DNA of 64,000 bases, taken from the NCBI GenBank assembly GCA_965285935.1, contig OZ260666.1:45756001-45820000 (forward strand), given 5' to 3'. Both the position numbers and the translations under genes were made by a program. Positions 1 to 13,149 of the stretch are shown one piece after another. This DNA comes from Ophelia neglecta. Taxonomy: Eukaryota. Each line of letters opens with the position of its first letter. The stretch's first letter is position 1. The notes beneath the pieces were generated by a model. It was not told the origin of the DNA. It did not search any database and worked only from the letters and a program-made list of their open reading frames with translations.

Positions 1-621
1 AGCCATAAGGCAAGCCTCGGGGAGGCAGGCCTCAGGCAGGCAGGCCTTATCCAGGCAAGCCTCAGGCAGGCAGGCCTCAGGCTGGCCTCAGGCAGGCCTC
101 AAGCAGGCCTCAGGCAGGCCTCAGGCAGGCAGGCCTCAGGCAGGCAGGCCTCAGGCAGGCAGGCCTCAGGCAGGCCTCAAGCAGGCCTCAGGCAGGCCTC
201 AGGCAGGCCTCAGGCAGGCCTCAGGCAGGCCTCAGGCAGGCCTCAGGGAGGCAGGCCTCAGGCAGGCAGGCCTCAGGCAGGCAGGCCGCAGGCAGGCAGA
301 CCTCGGGCAGGCAGGGCCCAGGTAGGCAGGCCACGGGCAGGCGGGCCTCAGGCAGGCAGGCCACAGGCAGGCAGGCCGCAGGCAGGCAGGCCTCGGCCTG
401 GCAGGCCTCGGGCAAGCAGGCCTCGGGCAGACAGGCCTCGGGCAAGCAGGCCTCGGGCAGGCAGGCCTTAGGCAGGCAGGCCTCGGGCAGGCAGGCCTCG
501 GGCAGGAAGACCACAGGCAGGCAGGCCTAACGCAGGCAGGCCTAACGCAGACAGGCCACAGGCAGGCAGGCTTAACGCAGGCAGGCCTCAGGCAGGTCTC
601 ATGCATTATGCCTCAGGCCTC
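1..621. repeat. GC-rich minisatellite of 11- and 15-bp units (CAGGCAGGCCT / CAGGCAGGCAGGCCT), probably continuing beyond the window start
   Basis: Dozens of tandem variants built from (CAGG)n plus CCT, each containing the AGGCCT palindrome. The PEACL/RPACL ORFs at 221-606 are translations of this array. Confidence 0.95.
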
Positions 622-3263
622 AAAGTGATTTTTATGCGATATAATTCCGTTGTTTTATTATTTCTAATACATAGTAAATCAGTTCAGAGTCAATCATGGA
701 AGAGTGTAAAGTTTTGGCCTGTGAATAAGCCAGTATACGCTAGCAGAGGTCATCACAAGGTCATACTTGCACACACAAGCTGTCCTGCCTCATGTTATCC
801 ACCGCCTGACGACCATGTTGACAACATGCCCGAGGCCTGTAATCTGGTGACAAGATTCGATTCGGGAGGGAGCGGCTGGCACTCATCCACAGGAAGTGGC
901 GACCAGACGACATTCTAACCACGTTCGACTCTGACTTGAACGGCCGTCTTTGATTGAAGACCATGATTTTAATCATCATGTCGTGTTTCGCGGCCCTCCG
1001 CCCGTTTCACTAAGTCAATCATTCTCGGTTGTTAGTATACGTTGTCACAGCGGAATCGATCCGCCTAACTTGGACATGACCAAAATACGCACCACCATAA
1101 TCATCATCAACATGTGACGCATTTTACATAATTATGTGACGCGTTTTAGCACATTATGCGTGTCTTAATTACACAAGATTTTTTTTCGGTATAGGCCCTT
1201 TGTGTTTCCGGACTCAGATATTGTAAAGAATATATACAAACCAACAACAGTCCACACTCTAGCAAATGCTTTTCCTTAGGACCGCATAAGGATCATGAGC
1301 TATATTCAATAGTTTTGGGCAATTATCTATCTAATTTCAAACTGACATTAATTATGACCGTTTCATTTTCCGCAAATATGATGAGCCAAAATCATCAAAC
1401 CAAGACCGAATTAAATTCATATAAACTTTTAGCCTGCTGGAAGAGCTACCGAGGATAGAATGTTTTATAATACACCAGAAGTGTAAGGTTAGAAATTAGT
1501 TATTTAGTAAACATTTAATCGGCCTAAGTGTCCGCTGATTTTGAAGGAGATAACAAGGTATATGGTTCTATGATATATCAACTGCGCCTGTCTTTGGCAT
1601 CTCACATTTCGGCCTTCTATGTGCCAACCTTACCTCCTAAGTGATATTTATTCGATCTTTCCGTCCTTTAACCAACTCTAATAAACCCAATGCTCGATAG
1701 GTTTCCTCATTTGTCGAGTTAAGGGGTAGATTGATTTTTGATATACACAAGAGTCGTTGTGTGGTCGTAGTAATTGGGGTGGTTGGTTTTACATTAATCT
1801 GGCCAGCCCATGGGGTGGGGTGGAGAGGGCCACAAGAGAACCGACCCAAATCTGGCCGTTAGTTATGAAAAAATTCTCCAAGAAAGACAGTCTCTTAAGC
1901 TTATAATATTATTTGTGTCAACCTAGAAAATAAGGAATTTACAGTCCTTTGTTCAGTCTGCTTAGATGAATTCGTCCAGCAATTTGATTAACAGATTAGC
2001 CCTGAGGGTGCATTGGACATCCCGGTTGCGGAGTCAATGGTGAAATTAGCACAGATTAGCCAGGAGCACACACGGATCAATAGAATCCATGTTACCAGTA
2101 GAGACGGATGGTTGGTCAGAGGTGTTGACATTCCCATGCTGTCGAGTGACCTCATTTGACTAGACCTGACTTTAGCCTACTCAAAGTCAACCACAACTCT
2201 TGGCAACCTCGCACCTACTACTCGCAGAAATTTAAGCCAAAGATTTGTAGATTAGTTGTCAAGTGTGATGTCCAGACGAGACTTTCATGAACGGTAGATT
2301 ATGTTTAACTCCCAGCGGTATGCGATAAGACACATGCCAAACCGGAAGTAGGAAGTCCTCTCCAAGCCAAGGACAAGGGCACCGACACAAACAGGAAGTA
2401 GATGGCTATACACTAGTGTGCCTCTGATAAGCATGTTAAGTCACGTGTTTAATCAGGCGTTCTCGATGATTTTAACCCGACAAGTTACGCCCAGATAGCC
2501 CTAGGCAGCTCGGTCACTACCCGAGGATCAAATCTAATTTACTTGAGAAACGTTTCCATCAGGGACGCGACCCCGCACTGGAGGTCAGAATAATGGAGTG
2601 ACCACAAGGTTGCTAGGGTACCCGACCTCATGTCACCATGACTTGTACCCCGAAGAGGCAGATCTGAAACACGCTGCAGACCGGAATGAGAAATTAAGTT
2701 TACTGAATAATTTGACTACTATAGTGATATTAGTCCAGATCGCGTCGAAGAAATATCCCAATGCTGCAACATTATTGTGAGCATTATATTCATTTATAGG
2801 CCTGTGGCGCCTTACAGGCCTACTCAAAATTAATTAGCTCTAAATATGTGGTGTCTTTCAAAGAGCCCTTGTATAATGTATAATATGACATTGTATAAGA
2901 TTCATGATTGTATAAGGATCATAAATATAAATCGGTCTATACAAATTGATTAATCACCTTCTACCGAAAACAAGCAGCGGCAAGTGTGCTTCTAGACGAT
3001 CAAAGAAACCAAACAGCAACTGTAAGAGATGAACTCAATACCTACCAAGGCCAGTGACATTTTTATGAAACTTATCAAATCTGGCCGAAAAACGTATCTC
3101 TATTGCCACATTTCACCGGTCCAATTCCGGTTGAAATGTGCTTAGGCTAATCAACATCCCCTGGCCTTTGGGACCTTCTGAGGACAGGGGTTACCAGTTA
3201 TGTCGACTCGAAATCGGCCAGTATTTCTCGCTTGGTACATTGAACAGAATTTTATGGCGAGAG

Positions 3264-3465
3264 ATCACGTGATAGCGACACGGGTCTCGCGAGAGAGGCA
3301 TGCCGACGCCGAAACCTGCGCCGGTAAAATGCACACTCAAGGTCGTAAACAAGATATGTGATGGGCGAGGAATGTAAAGTATTCTTCCTTCTATAGGTAA
3401 GCTTTAAGATGGCGATGATATCTTAAACAGGAAGTACATCTTACTATCAAATATATGACTTCCGG
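3264..3465. promoter_or_regulatory. Housekeeping-type promoter motif cluster (E-box, TCTCGCGAGA, YY1-like, two ETS sites)
   Basis: ATCACGTGAT 3264-3273, TCTCGCGAGA 3285-3294, AAGATGGCG 3406-3414, CAGGAAGT 3428-3435 and ACTTCCGG 3458-3465 lie within 200 bp of CpG-rich sequence. A donor-like AG|GTAAG is at 3396/3397. Confidence 0.45.
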
Positions 3466-4548
3466 CGTCTTATTTCGAGGCACATTACAATGGAAAAGGT
3501 CTCGAAAATACACCTGAACCTTCTATCATTAAGACCAGCTAACGGCCCCGAGGGTTCTACCCGAAAACTAAGAAAATTATGTGCTGGTAGCTCATGTTTT
3601 TAATCACTTTTGATATATTCCGTAACTTCCGAAGGCGCGCGACCATATCTTGTTAACCTAACTTTAGAAAGGAAATGACAATTCACAGCCCGGCCTTGAG
3701 ATGGAAAGGAACGTTGTAGACCTTTGGAGGCGGTTGGTAGGTCCAATGTCATATTGAAGAAGAGAAGGACACAATATGCGTGCTACATGTGCTTTAATTC
3801 ACCCTAGGCTTCCCCGATGAAACATCTGTCGGAGTTTTTCAGTAGGGTGTCCGATCAATTGAGTCTGACTCGGTCGAGCCGTCCCGGGGAGCGCAGATTC
3901 ATGTGAGAGCAATGCAAGGTGGGCCCCTTAGTGATCGGCCGTCTGGGGTGCCAATCACACAGCCGCATAGCCCGAATCACTACGCCGTAGATCCGGGCTG
4001 TTCCTGGGATAGCCAGTAAGTAAGTCTATATTACCATAAACACATAGACGGGGTGGGGGGTTTCTCCTTGAGATAGATAAAGTACACCATGATGTGAGAT
4101 AAACCTAGTTGCCGGTATATATAAGGCTGTGTTTCCCACTTAACTGTGCTGGCTTCGCGAATATGTATAGTATTTCGGACGATTTTTTGACATAAATGTG
4201 ATCAAAAATGCTAGCAAACCTGTTTCAAACCTGCGGGGAGCCCCCCACCTTTAAACATAGGAAGTGCATCTCCTGCGGGCACCAAGAACACCAGTACTTG
4301 ACTCGATGGTAATGTTACTGTATGGCCTGGGACTATATTTATATCAATTTCGAATCCATGTGATTGATTTCCTTTTCTTCCATTGTACGTAGGCATATGT
4401 ATATGGATACAATTGTATGGGTGCAGATACAATTGTATAGATCTATAGGCCTATACAGTTACGTGCAATCTGAATGGTATTTTTTCATTTTCTAAGCTGT
4501 ATTAAAAGGAAATGTACTGTTGTCTAGACAAAGCTTAAGTCGTAAATC

Positions 4549-4723
4549 TTAATGAAGGAAGGTTCGTCTATTGTTGTGCGTTTCCAGTGGATGATCGTTA
4601 CGGAACTGTCGGCTGCCATAAGATAGCCCGGCCGAAGGCTTCGGCGGGAATTGATTGATACTATAGGTATCAAGTCCAACCACACACCTCGCTTCATCAT
4701 CCAAAACCAAATCCAAGTCGCAG
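4549..4723 (-). CDS. Possible terminal coding exon of the minus-strand gene (CDLDLVLDDEARCVVGLDTY...RRTFLH*)
   Basis: It is phase-2 compatible with the 5705-5836 exon, continues the acidic composition and stops at 4549-4551. The acceptor would be an uncommon GAG (tttgctgttggctttgcgag), so support is weak. Confidence 0.25.
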
Positions 4724-5704
4724 CTCGCAAAGCCAACAGCAAATTTATTACGTTTCATTTAATCGATAAAGAAGCGTTAGGTTCTGTCAAAATCGAATTT
4801 GAATTGGATGGAAATTTCATACAACTTGTAATCTTGTTTGCTTTCGCCTTCCCGTCTCGTTTAGTATACCGAGAATCTACACAATTGAGCGAAATCACCG
4901 CGTTCTGGCAAATCCATTAGTTTTACGTACCTTATTCTACATCGAAATTGAGACTTTTTATAAATTATGTAAACAATAATCAGACTACAAGAACACATGT
5001 TCGCATTGCAAGTGGCAAATTTAAATGGTTCTTTTTCGGCTTAGAGTACCTATTGTTGGTTTTCGAAGGCTCAATTTTCCTTGACATTGTTTTTCATCCT
5101 TTAATTTGCGCACGCGCAATCCGTCGACAGAGATACATCCTGGATTAAGTAACCAGCAAATATATCATTTTGACGGGATATAAACCCGATTACATTCTCC
5201 CAATGGAGTAATTAAAACTTATATTTAAAACAATTAACTTTTAGTGAATTTTCGTTAAAAATAAAACAATTTTGTAATTCCAAACATCACTTTAATTCGC
5301 CGTCAGATCAATGTACATTTCCGTTTCCGTTGTTTCTACTCTTGTCTAATTCTGCTGTGTCGTTAATCGCGTTGTGATTTGGATTGAAGTTAACTGGGAA
5401 ATGCTTCTTAATAAGCACAACAACATAAGGTAGATGGACGTATACCTTCATGTTTTGTCATGGTCTGGCACTGCACAACTATATCATTATTAACACAATA
5501 ACAGCTGAGAAAATTAATCACTTTTAAAAAGTACCACAGTGACCAACCAATGGGGAGATAAGACAACCATCAACTAGCACCAGTATCATCATTTTGTTGA
5601 AGAAAAAAATGCAGCAACGTTCTTACCATGAACCAGTCAGGCTCATACCGGCATTTCGAAAATGGCTACAGATAAAGTTTCAAATAAACCGTTTCAATAC
5701 TCAC

Positions 5705-5836
5705 GTTTGCGGTTCATCGTCCTGCAGAGAGCGAAGTTCCTCATCTAATATTTCCGTATCCACGCTGTCCCCTTCCAGATCGCGAAGGAACTTGTCGTCC
5801 TTCAGCCATTCACACCGACTGCCATACTGGGTCAGC
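5705..5836 (-). CDS. Internal coding exon (132 bp, phase 2-2) of an unidentified protein: LTQYGSRCEWLKDDKFLRDLEGDSVDTEILDEELRSLQDDEPQ
   Basis: Canonical acceptor tcttgttcttgcag| and donor AC|GTGAGT. Length is a multiple of 3, only one frame is open, it is GC-richer than its flanks and the composition is protein-like and acidic. Confidence 0.7.
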
Positions 5837-6899
5837 CTGCAAGAACAAGACACCAGTCAGAGAGAATTATCAGATTATGACGGGCAACTCTTTATGACGC
5901 TAGTAATCTAAAACACGAATTGACAAGCTAAGGGGAAGAATGTTAATCGTATCCACGACAATATATAGTTAAGCGGAATCAGAAGCGGAGTAAAATAAAA
6001 ATTTCTGATTATATTTGAACTTCGAATGTGTATGTCATTAATCAGCGCTGGTGTTTGATCAAGTATGAGCACAGGTCCACATATTATTTCAAAAGTACCG
6101 TATATCCTCGATTGAATTGGCCCAAGTTGGGGGGTGGGGGTGGGTTGCCGGGGGGGGGGGGGGGTACAATATCTATCTCGGTGAGCCGAAGCATGGAAAT
6201 TGCAGTTAGAACATGTTTTCTTTGTTTTAAAATGTAGATAGGCCTAAATAAATACAATGCTACTTGATGATAGGCCTACAATTCACTGACAGCTATTCAT
6301 TAATCTTCTACCTCTAGTGGCCACAGACGTTTGAACAGTTTTTCGCAATCAATTCTTAAAAGTTGACAAGGATACAAACACAAAGACAAACCTTAGCATC
6401 TTCGACATCTCATACTTTTACGGATAAAAACGCGTTTAAGCTCCTTTTAGACATAATTGCAGAAACATTAAATTGTTATGAACCTAGCAGGTAAATGTTT
6501 TATGAATAATATAATATTATAATATTCTGATTCAAACGTGCAGGCCTATAAGTACAAACGATGCCATGCACTAAAAATCCCAAAACAGACTTATTGATGC
6601 AATATATTTCTTTAATCCTTTTATATCTTCTTTTGCAGGCCTTATCTGCCAAATTATGACAGGGGATGTTTCTCATTCTCCATTCGTATTCGATAAAACT
6701 GGGCAAATCCAAAACCACTTTTGCAGTCAATTGGGAATGAAGAGAAATGGAACTGGAAATGGTTATTTATCCCCATACCCGTTAGAGCATGCTCGAGCCC
6801 TCCAGTCTAAGAGCTTATCACGCAAAAGTTAGTAATGTAAGAGAAAATCCAGAAATCTAAATTGACTGAAGGCCTAATTGGTGTTGGGAAACCATGCAC

Positions 6900-7220
6900 A
6901 AAAACTTAGAAAAAGTGACGATTAAAATTCTGTGAACACAATAACATGAGAAAATCTTGTTTGAAAACTGCAGATCTTTCGAAAGTTCATGCAGAATAAT
7001 GTTAAAGAGCTCCCAGCAGAAACTTATAGCAGCAGGAGATAAATAGGCGAAGACTACAGAGTAAGACAGACCATTTATCAGTATTTGGTAAGGCGTGTCA
7101 ACAATGAATACCGAGATGGTGATACTCAGAAGCAGATGTGCTTCTTCTATATAATCAAGTAGAGGGCCCAAGGCAGCTCCTACCAAACAATTTGGGGTGA
7201 AATTATTCACAGATTCTGAA
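6900..7220 (+). mobile_element. Possible very old LINE reverse-transcriptase fragment
   Basis: Degenerate RT-like motifs in the expected order across frameshifts and stops: KFCEHNNMRKSCLKT, YQYL, VKLF. Confidence 0.25.
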
Positions 7221-8143
7221 TAAGCGCTTAACGGTAAAATGATGGACATTGTAAATCAGCGCTTACAGCATTTTATGACCCAGTTTCAAAGGCAGACGAA
7301 CATGGGTAAGAAAAACGACCAAAATCTCACGTGAACTGCATAATTATGAACTAACAGACGTGTATGCTTCAAACGCTAAATATCACCAGTCAATGTGAAC
7401 ATAATAAAATATGATTTAAGCAGCTGCAATCTTCAGTATTGACTTTTTCATGCCAACGACCTTTTGGGGGTTTGTTATGTTCAGTGCACAACAATAACAG
7501 TTAATAAGGAGAGCTACAAGACAAACTCTGCAATTTTGAGGGCATCCATCAGGATCAGTAGATGTCATAGGATGACTGTGATGATACAGTGTATGATGAT
7601 TGAACGTTCTCTTAGAAATGGAAGAAATTGAGATAAATAGCAAGGCCAGCCAATTGTCGCCTTTTCTTTCCTGCAGAATCACGCGTTCAATCCCAGTTGC
7701 ACTGTTTGCTGCTCCTGTCAGCATATTATTCTGAACAAAACCACAAGACTAGATGGCTCCTATAACTGTCCAAACTTGCAATTTCTGTCGAAAAATTGCC
7801 TTTAGAAACCAGCCATTATAAATTAATTACATATCTGATAAAATAAATTGCAGGGACAATGACTAGCGTGTCCCGTCCATATTTATAACCTTAAAAGAGA
7901 TGCACTGATTAGCTTACTTTACACACTAATAAAATTCAAATTAAATTCACGTACGGCAAGGGGAGAAAAACTTGTTCGGCTCAAGACAGTACGAAATGAA
8001 TTTAATGAAATATAATTTGTTACTGAGCTTATCAGCCCAATAACGCAGTTAAAAATGCATGATAAATGTGTTTCATATAGGCCTATATATAAACGATATT
8101 GCTGGAACAGCGAATTTAAAAGATATATAATTTGATTGCCTAC

Positions 8144-8253
8144 ATAAAGCGTGTCGTCTGCGCCGTAATGGCCATCATGGCATGTCCGGGAACAGGTGTA
8201 GTTCTCGGGTTCCTCGCCAGGCGGCGTCTTCCTGGCATCTTCAGTGACGTCAT
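8144..8253 (-). CDS. Candidate first coding exon (MTSLKMPGRRRLARNPRTTPVPGHAMMAITAQTTRF) of the same gene
   Basis: GC/CpG-rich block. The ATG at 8253 follows an in-frame TGA at 8290-8292, and the donor AT|GTAGGC is phase 2, matching the 5705-5836 exon (AT+G gives Met). The donor is only moderate. Confidence 0.35.
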
Positions 8254-11200
8254 ATCCGTTATAAAATTATCAGACACATCACAGGGATGTCATCGCGGAC
8301 CTATCATCGCACAACGGCTGAGCAATTCAAAATCATTTTTACCGCTGATCAAAACTTGTCGACTGACAACCTTTGCGCAATTCATTGAAATAAACAGAAG
8401 ATGACTGATGGTACATTCCAACAGATGCATTTCACATTGACGTCTAGTACTCAATAAAGGGTCCGGCTTATGCGGAGAGATCAATAGGTATCCTTATAAA
8501 AATTCTAAAGCATAAACAACGAAACACATGATGGAAAATAGTTGTGCAGACTGATATACATAATAGTGTAACGTTCCTTGTCCTAAATGTCCGGTTTTCG
8601 CTATTCATTTGGAGACATTGGGTTGCTGGACTGAACTTGCCCGGAAAATCACTGGATATTCTAAGACGAAGAAACAACACATTATCTGGTTCACATGTAC
8701 ACGGTGTAAGAACTCTTGATCAGCCGGCCTGATAGACAACAAAGGCCGCCTAATTTAGCTCCTCCGACATCCTATCTGGGCTCAGAATCTATCCCTTTAC
8801 TCCCGTGTCCCACTGTCCTGTCCCATCCTCTGGCGGCGGCGGGCGTGGGGAAATGCAATTTTCCAATCTATCACACCTAGCTCCAATAACCGTCCACTTC
8901 TCCGTGATGATATTCCTCGACCCGATACATAAATTTGAGTAAACTTGTCGGTGCTCACTCGGGCATTGTTTCGCATTAAGCCGGCTTAGCGGCCACAGGC
9001 TACCTAGAGAGAGTTAGATAAGTCTGGCGCTGAGCAGCAACTCTCTTGGCGCATTATCCGTTTTTTAGTTCTCCCAAGATGCTGCTCCATCAAGAGAGGA
9101 GTTGTCCAAGGAGCTGTGCGGGAATAAATGTGACGTTATAAGTCCACGTTAGTATCTAGACCATTAGGGTTTACAGTCCATGGCATGTCTCCATCGAGCA
9201 TACAAATCGGACGGTCGTCCCCGCAGTCTTTTCAACAGCCAGCCCACAGCTCGTCTCGATCGGCCTGCCCGGACTGGGAAAGTGCCTGGTGACGGATACG
9301 AATGGCGCTCGCCCGCCCGGCTCGTGGGTGGTAAGAGCCCCATTCCCCTGGGACAGGGTCGCTGATGGAGCTCCTTTATCAATACGAACGGCTCTTGGCT
9401 ACAAATGTCCTGAAGCCTTCTACAACTCCTCCCAGGCGTTTTACCATCAGGTGTTTGACACAAAAGAGCTCTCCAGAACAGACGACAACTAACTGCACTC
9501 TGAAATCTGTAATGGCTTTCTGGGCACTCAAGATCTACTACGCTTTCATTTGAAAACTCACTTTTATTGTTAAATTGGTCTCTACAAACCTCCTTGGTTT
9601 GCAAGGAGACACCAGGCGGTCGTCGTAACAATGAATTTCTATATGATTTCTTATTCTACTCTGGACCCAGTAAAAGCTGCGATTGCACTCTGTGAGAAAT
9701 TATTGTGATAACCAAAACCTTCATGGCCCAGAGGAGCAATCCCTCAAATGAATCAAACACATTTTATCAATACGACGCCGGCCTTTGTGAATGGTGACAA
9801 ATTCTCTTTAAACTCACGTGCGTTCTAACAGGTCAAAAGTATTGATCGTTAGTGGATCTCGAGGAGGGGGTGGGGCTGATCCCCAAACCCCCTAGAGGCC
9901 CAGGAGGGAAGTGTGTCTCTGCCATAAGGCTGTCCGTTAGTCAGCATTTCCCTCTACCTCTGTGTGATATATAGGCATGCAGCCTTAAGCTCGGTTCTGC
10001 CCGCGATGATAAAGGACTTGAGACTGCTCCGGAGCAAACAACATCTATAATTGTAGATGACATTCAAAGCTGCTGCTGTGTCAGGGCTCGAAATCCACAG
10101 TATTATTAATGAAAGTAATTGATAAAAAGACGCGTAAAAGCCTATGGAATTAGTCTGACTTATTACTAAGTGTCTGTCCGACAGTAGGCTAAACTCCGGA
10201 CAAAGTGTGAATAAAAAACCAAGTCCAAACATATCTCTTTGACAAAAAATATTTTTTTCCATTTGATATTCATTGCAACGTCAAGGAATGCAAAGACAAA
10301 TTTCAACCCCCTCTCCCCCTCCTCCCCGAACGTCGCCTCCCCCTTCCTCCTTCCCACCCCACTCCCAATTCAATTTCCATAAATCCACTTGAATTTTCCA
10401 GAGATGCTAAGAAAGAAATTTTTTCTTTATACACATATACATATCCGCTCTTCAAACACTAAAAAATGTCTGAAATGACGAGAAAAAGCCAAAATTGAAT
10501 CTTGCCAAAAAAAAAACAAATAGTTTATGGTCAAGCATTGGCGCTTCATCCCTTTCAATTGCGGTGCTCTACATTTAGGCATAATACTTTTAGATATTTC
10601 GCGCCCACAAGCAGCAGCGTAACTTGGAGTACTATTAGTACTAACATCATAAAAAGTATACACGCAAAAATGCATACCGGCGGCATTGATGATAAAGATA
10701 TGGCGTAGGCCATTCGAAAATCAGAAATCATTAGCAGTCCAGAACTGAACCATAAAACCATGACCTTTCCTTAGGTCCACAACTTAATTCTTATCAATAA
10801 GATTTTGACTACAAAATAATCTTTCAAAGACATATTGGCCACTTTAAAAAGAAGCAAACTTGTATAAGTTTATTGTTTCCCATCCTGTTAATGTACCTTC
10901 AGTATTTTTAAAGCTTCGTGCGATGGCTCATGGTCACTCGAAGCATCCAATGATGAATTATCTCATGTCTTATTTGTTTGTTAGATTTATGCCCAATGTC
11001 GAAGAGCAATGACCTGTCATTAAATACTTTATAGTTTCTTTATATTTTTCAAAGGTTATGCCTTTGATTTCTTTCCAGTGCTTCAAACTGCTACTTTAAG
11101 CAACAGTGTACTAATATATAATCGGCTGGGGATCTGATTATACCACGTGGCAACATCCCCAGAGCAGGCACAGCAATGTTGAGAAAATTGCTTCGCAAAG

Positions 11201-13149
11201 ATTTATGGTCGGCGAGAAATCCGAGAATCCGACTTGTGATTTACGAAGTGCCCTGAAACAAATCCGCAGCAATACCCATGAAATTAACCATTTAAATTAC
11301 GGGAAACCAATAAATAGACAAGGACGACTTAAATTTTACTTTTTGTGTAATCTAGGATAAATATCATTTCGATATCACTCTGAAGGCCACAGTGGGACAT
11401 TCTATGCTGTGGCAAACTCCTTTATCCTAAAAACCGTATCGCTGGTATCATAGTGGACAAAATCATCTATTGCCGACAACATGATCTTTAAATTACAAAC
11501 TCTGTTAATTTGTTGTATAGGGGTATTAATGAATCACACACGTACCAAATCAGGTTTTTGTGTACCTGACTGTCGGAGCCCTCATGACGTATAACCAATT
11601 TGCGTCATTTTCACTTTGTGATATCATAAAAATCACCATAAATGCGAAAGTGAGACGATAAAAAGCGTCTCTTTCGGCCAGAAAGAGTTCCGACCACTTT
11701 TGGAGATTTGGTTAACCAACATATACCTATCGTACATTTTATTCAATGACATCCATTTTGATCATGACTTAATACTTTGACCGCTTATAAGCAAAAAGGT
11801 ACGCAGTTGCAAGGTTTGCGTCGTGGTCTTCACTGACTCGGAGGCTTATCATTATTTGCAACAAACAAAAGGATTTTGACTAATCTCTTCTTGTATTCAA
11901 ATACCATGCCCCTTGTTGGATTTGGAAATCGAATATGTACATACTGAAACGTATCCAATAGCTAAAACCAAAGTCATATATGATTTGACCATGATAGGAT
12001 CCATATTCGGTGACAATTTGTCGATTTGTAAAACAATCAGGAACGAAATGCACAGATTAAGGGATAGCTGTACGATATATGTGGCACTGTTATGGGCCTA
12101 GTATGCTTTATCTTGTATTTCATTTCAGCCCAACATCGTTTAAACCGAGGAAATACGCACACTCCCGTTTGGTAACGTGATCATTTTACTTGGGGTGGTC
12201 ATGTGGAAATTACGAGACCTAGACTATATTGTAAAACTGTTTCCAAATATTGAGCTCATGCTATTTTCCTCTTTCCAACAAGACTAGCTGTTTTTCAACC
12301 CTACTATATTCACCAATATAGAGATTATGACCAAAGCCACCACAAGTAGTATTTGTCTAACCCTGGAATGTATCACGAATTGGATCAGACCCATATTACA
12401 TATTGATTTAGTTCTGTGAGCATTAATGAGCCCTCGTGGCATGTGCAAAATCAAAATGTAAGAGCACGCCGCGATGCACCAGACTTCTATGAACCACCAT
12501 TACTAAAACAGACGATGCATATAACCATAATTATAGCCAGTAGCACACGGATCGCAAATTGACTGGGTGTCTCTTTAGGCTCACAGACACTGTTCTAGGA
12601 AACCCTAAGGAGCGATGGAACCTTTGCCACTGATTGGCTTTAAGACTATCACGACACTGGCAGCGAGAAATGTATATGACTGCAGGAACTGAATAACCCG
12701 CCGTTCAGATGTCGAAGCAGCGCCTAATCAAAGACGTACATTTCTTCACGTTTAAGAGCAACTAGTAGCCTACACTATTTAGCCAAAGATTGTATAAATG
12801 AAGTCAAGTGTCTAAGCTACATTTTTGTCTTGCTTTCTTCCATTAAAAATCATCTATGTCCTTCTTGTTACTTACATTAAAATCGCTACATGTCACCTAG
12901 CATATGAGCTCACTGAATATCAGACAGAAAAATGGCATCGCTCCTTTATCTTTGAATTAGGCTAGCTCTGGTTTTGTCATTCTCCCTCAGTATATCCTCA
13001 GAAAATAACAAAAAACAACTTCAACCTATCATTCTTTCAGCCGCTGCTTTCAGGGAGCTCAAACGAACAGAGTAAAATAATTGAAGACTCATAAAAATTC
13101 TTCGCATATTCATGTAGGTCTATTCGTTTAATGCTGGGTGCCAGAAATT

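Noticed and set aside
221-606. Cys/Pro-rich repeat ORFs (PEACL, RPAC)
   Set aside because: They are translations of the minisatellite; 11-bp units break the frame and there is no splice or start context.
3967-4001. Hairpin containing CCGTAGATCCG (miR-100/miR-10-like core)
   Set aside because: The hairpin is only ~35 nt and the mature 5' and 3' ends do not match.
9289-9492. DGAPLSI...YKCPEAFY, faintly like the actin motif DGQVITIGNERFRCPEALF
   Set aside because: Only a few residues match, the flanks show no actin similarity and there are no exon boundaries.
9164-9631. Longest ORF in the window (155 aa, minus strand)
   Set aside because: Non-ATG start, no recognisable domain, and several overlapping frames are open simply because the region is GC-rich.
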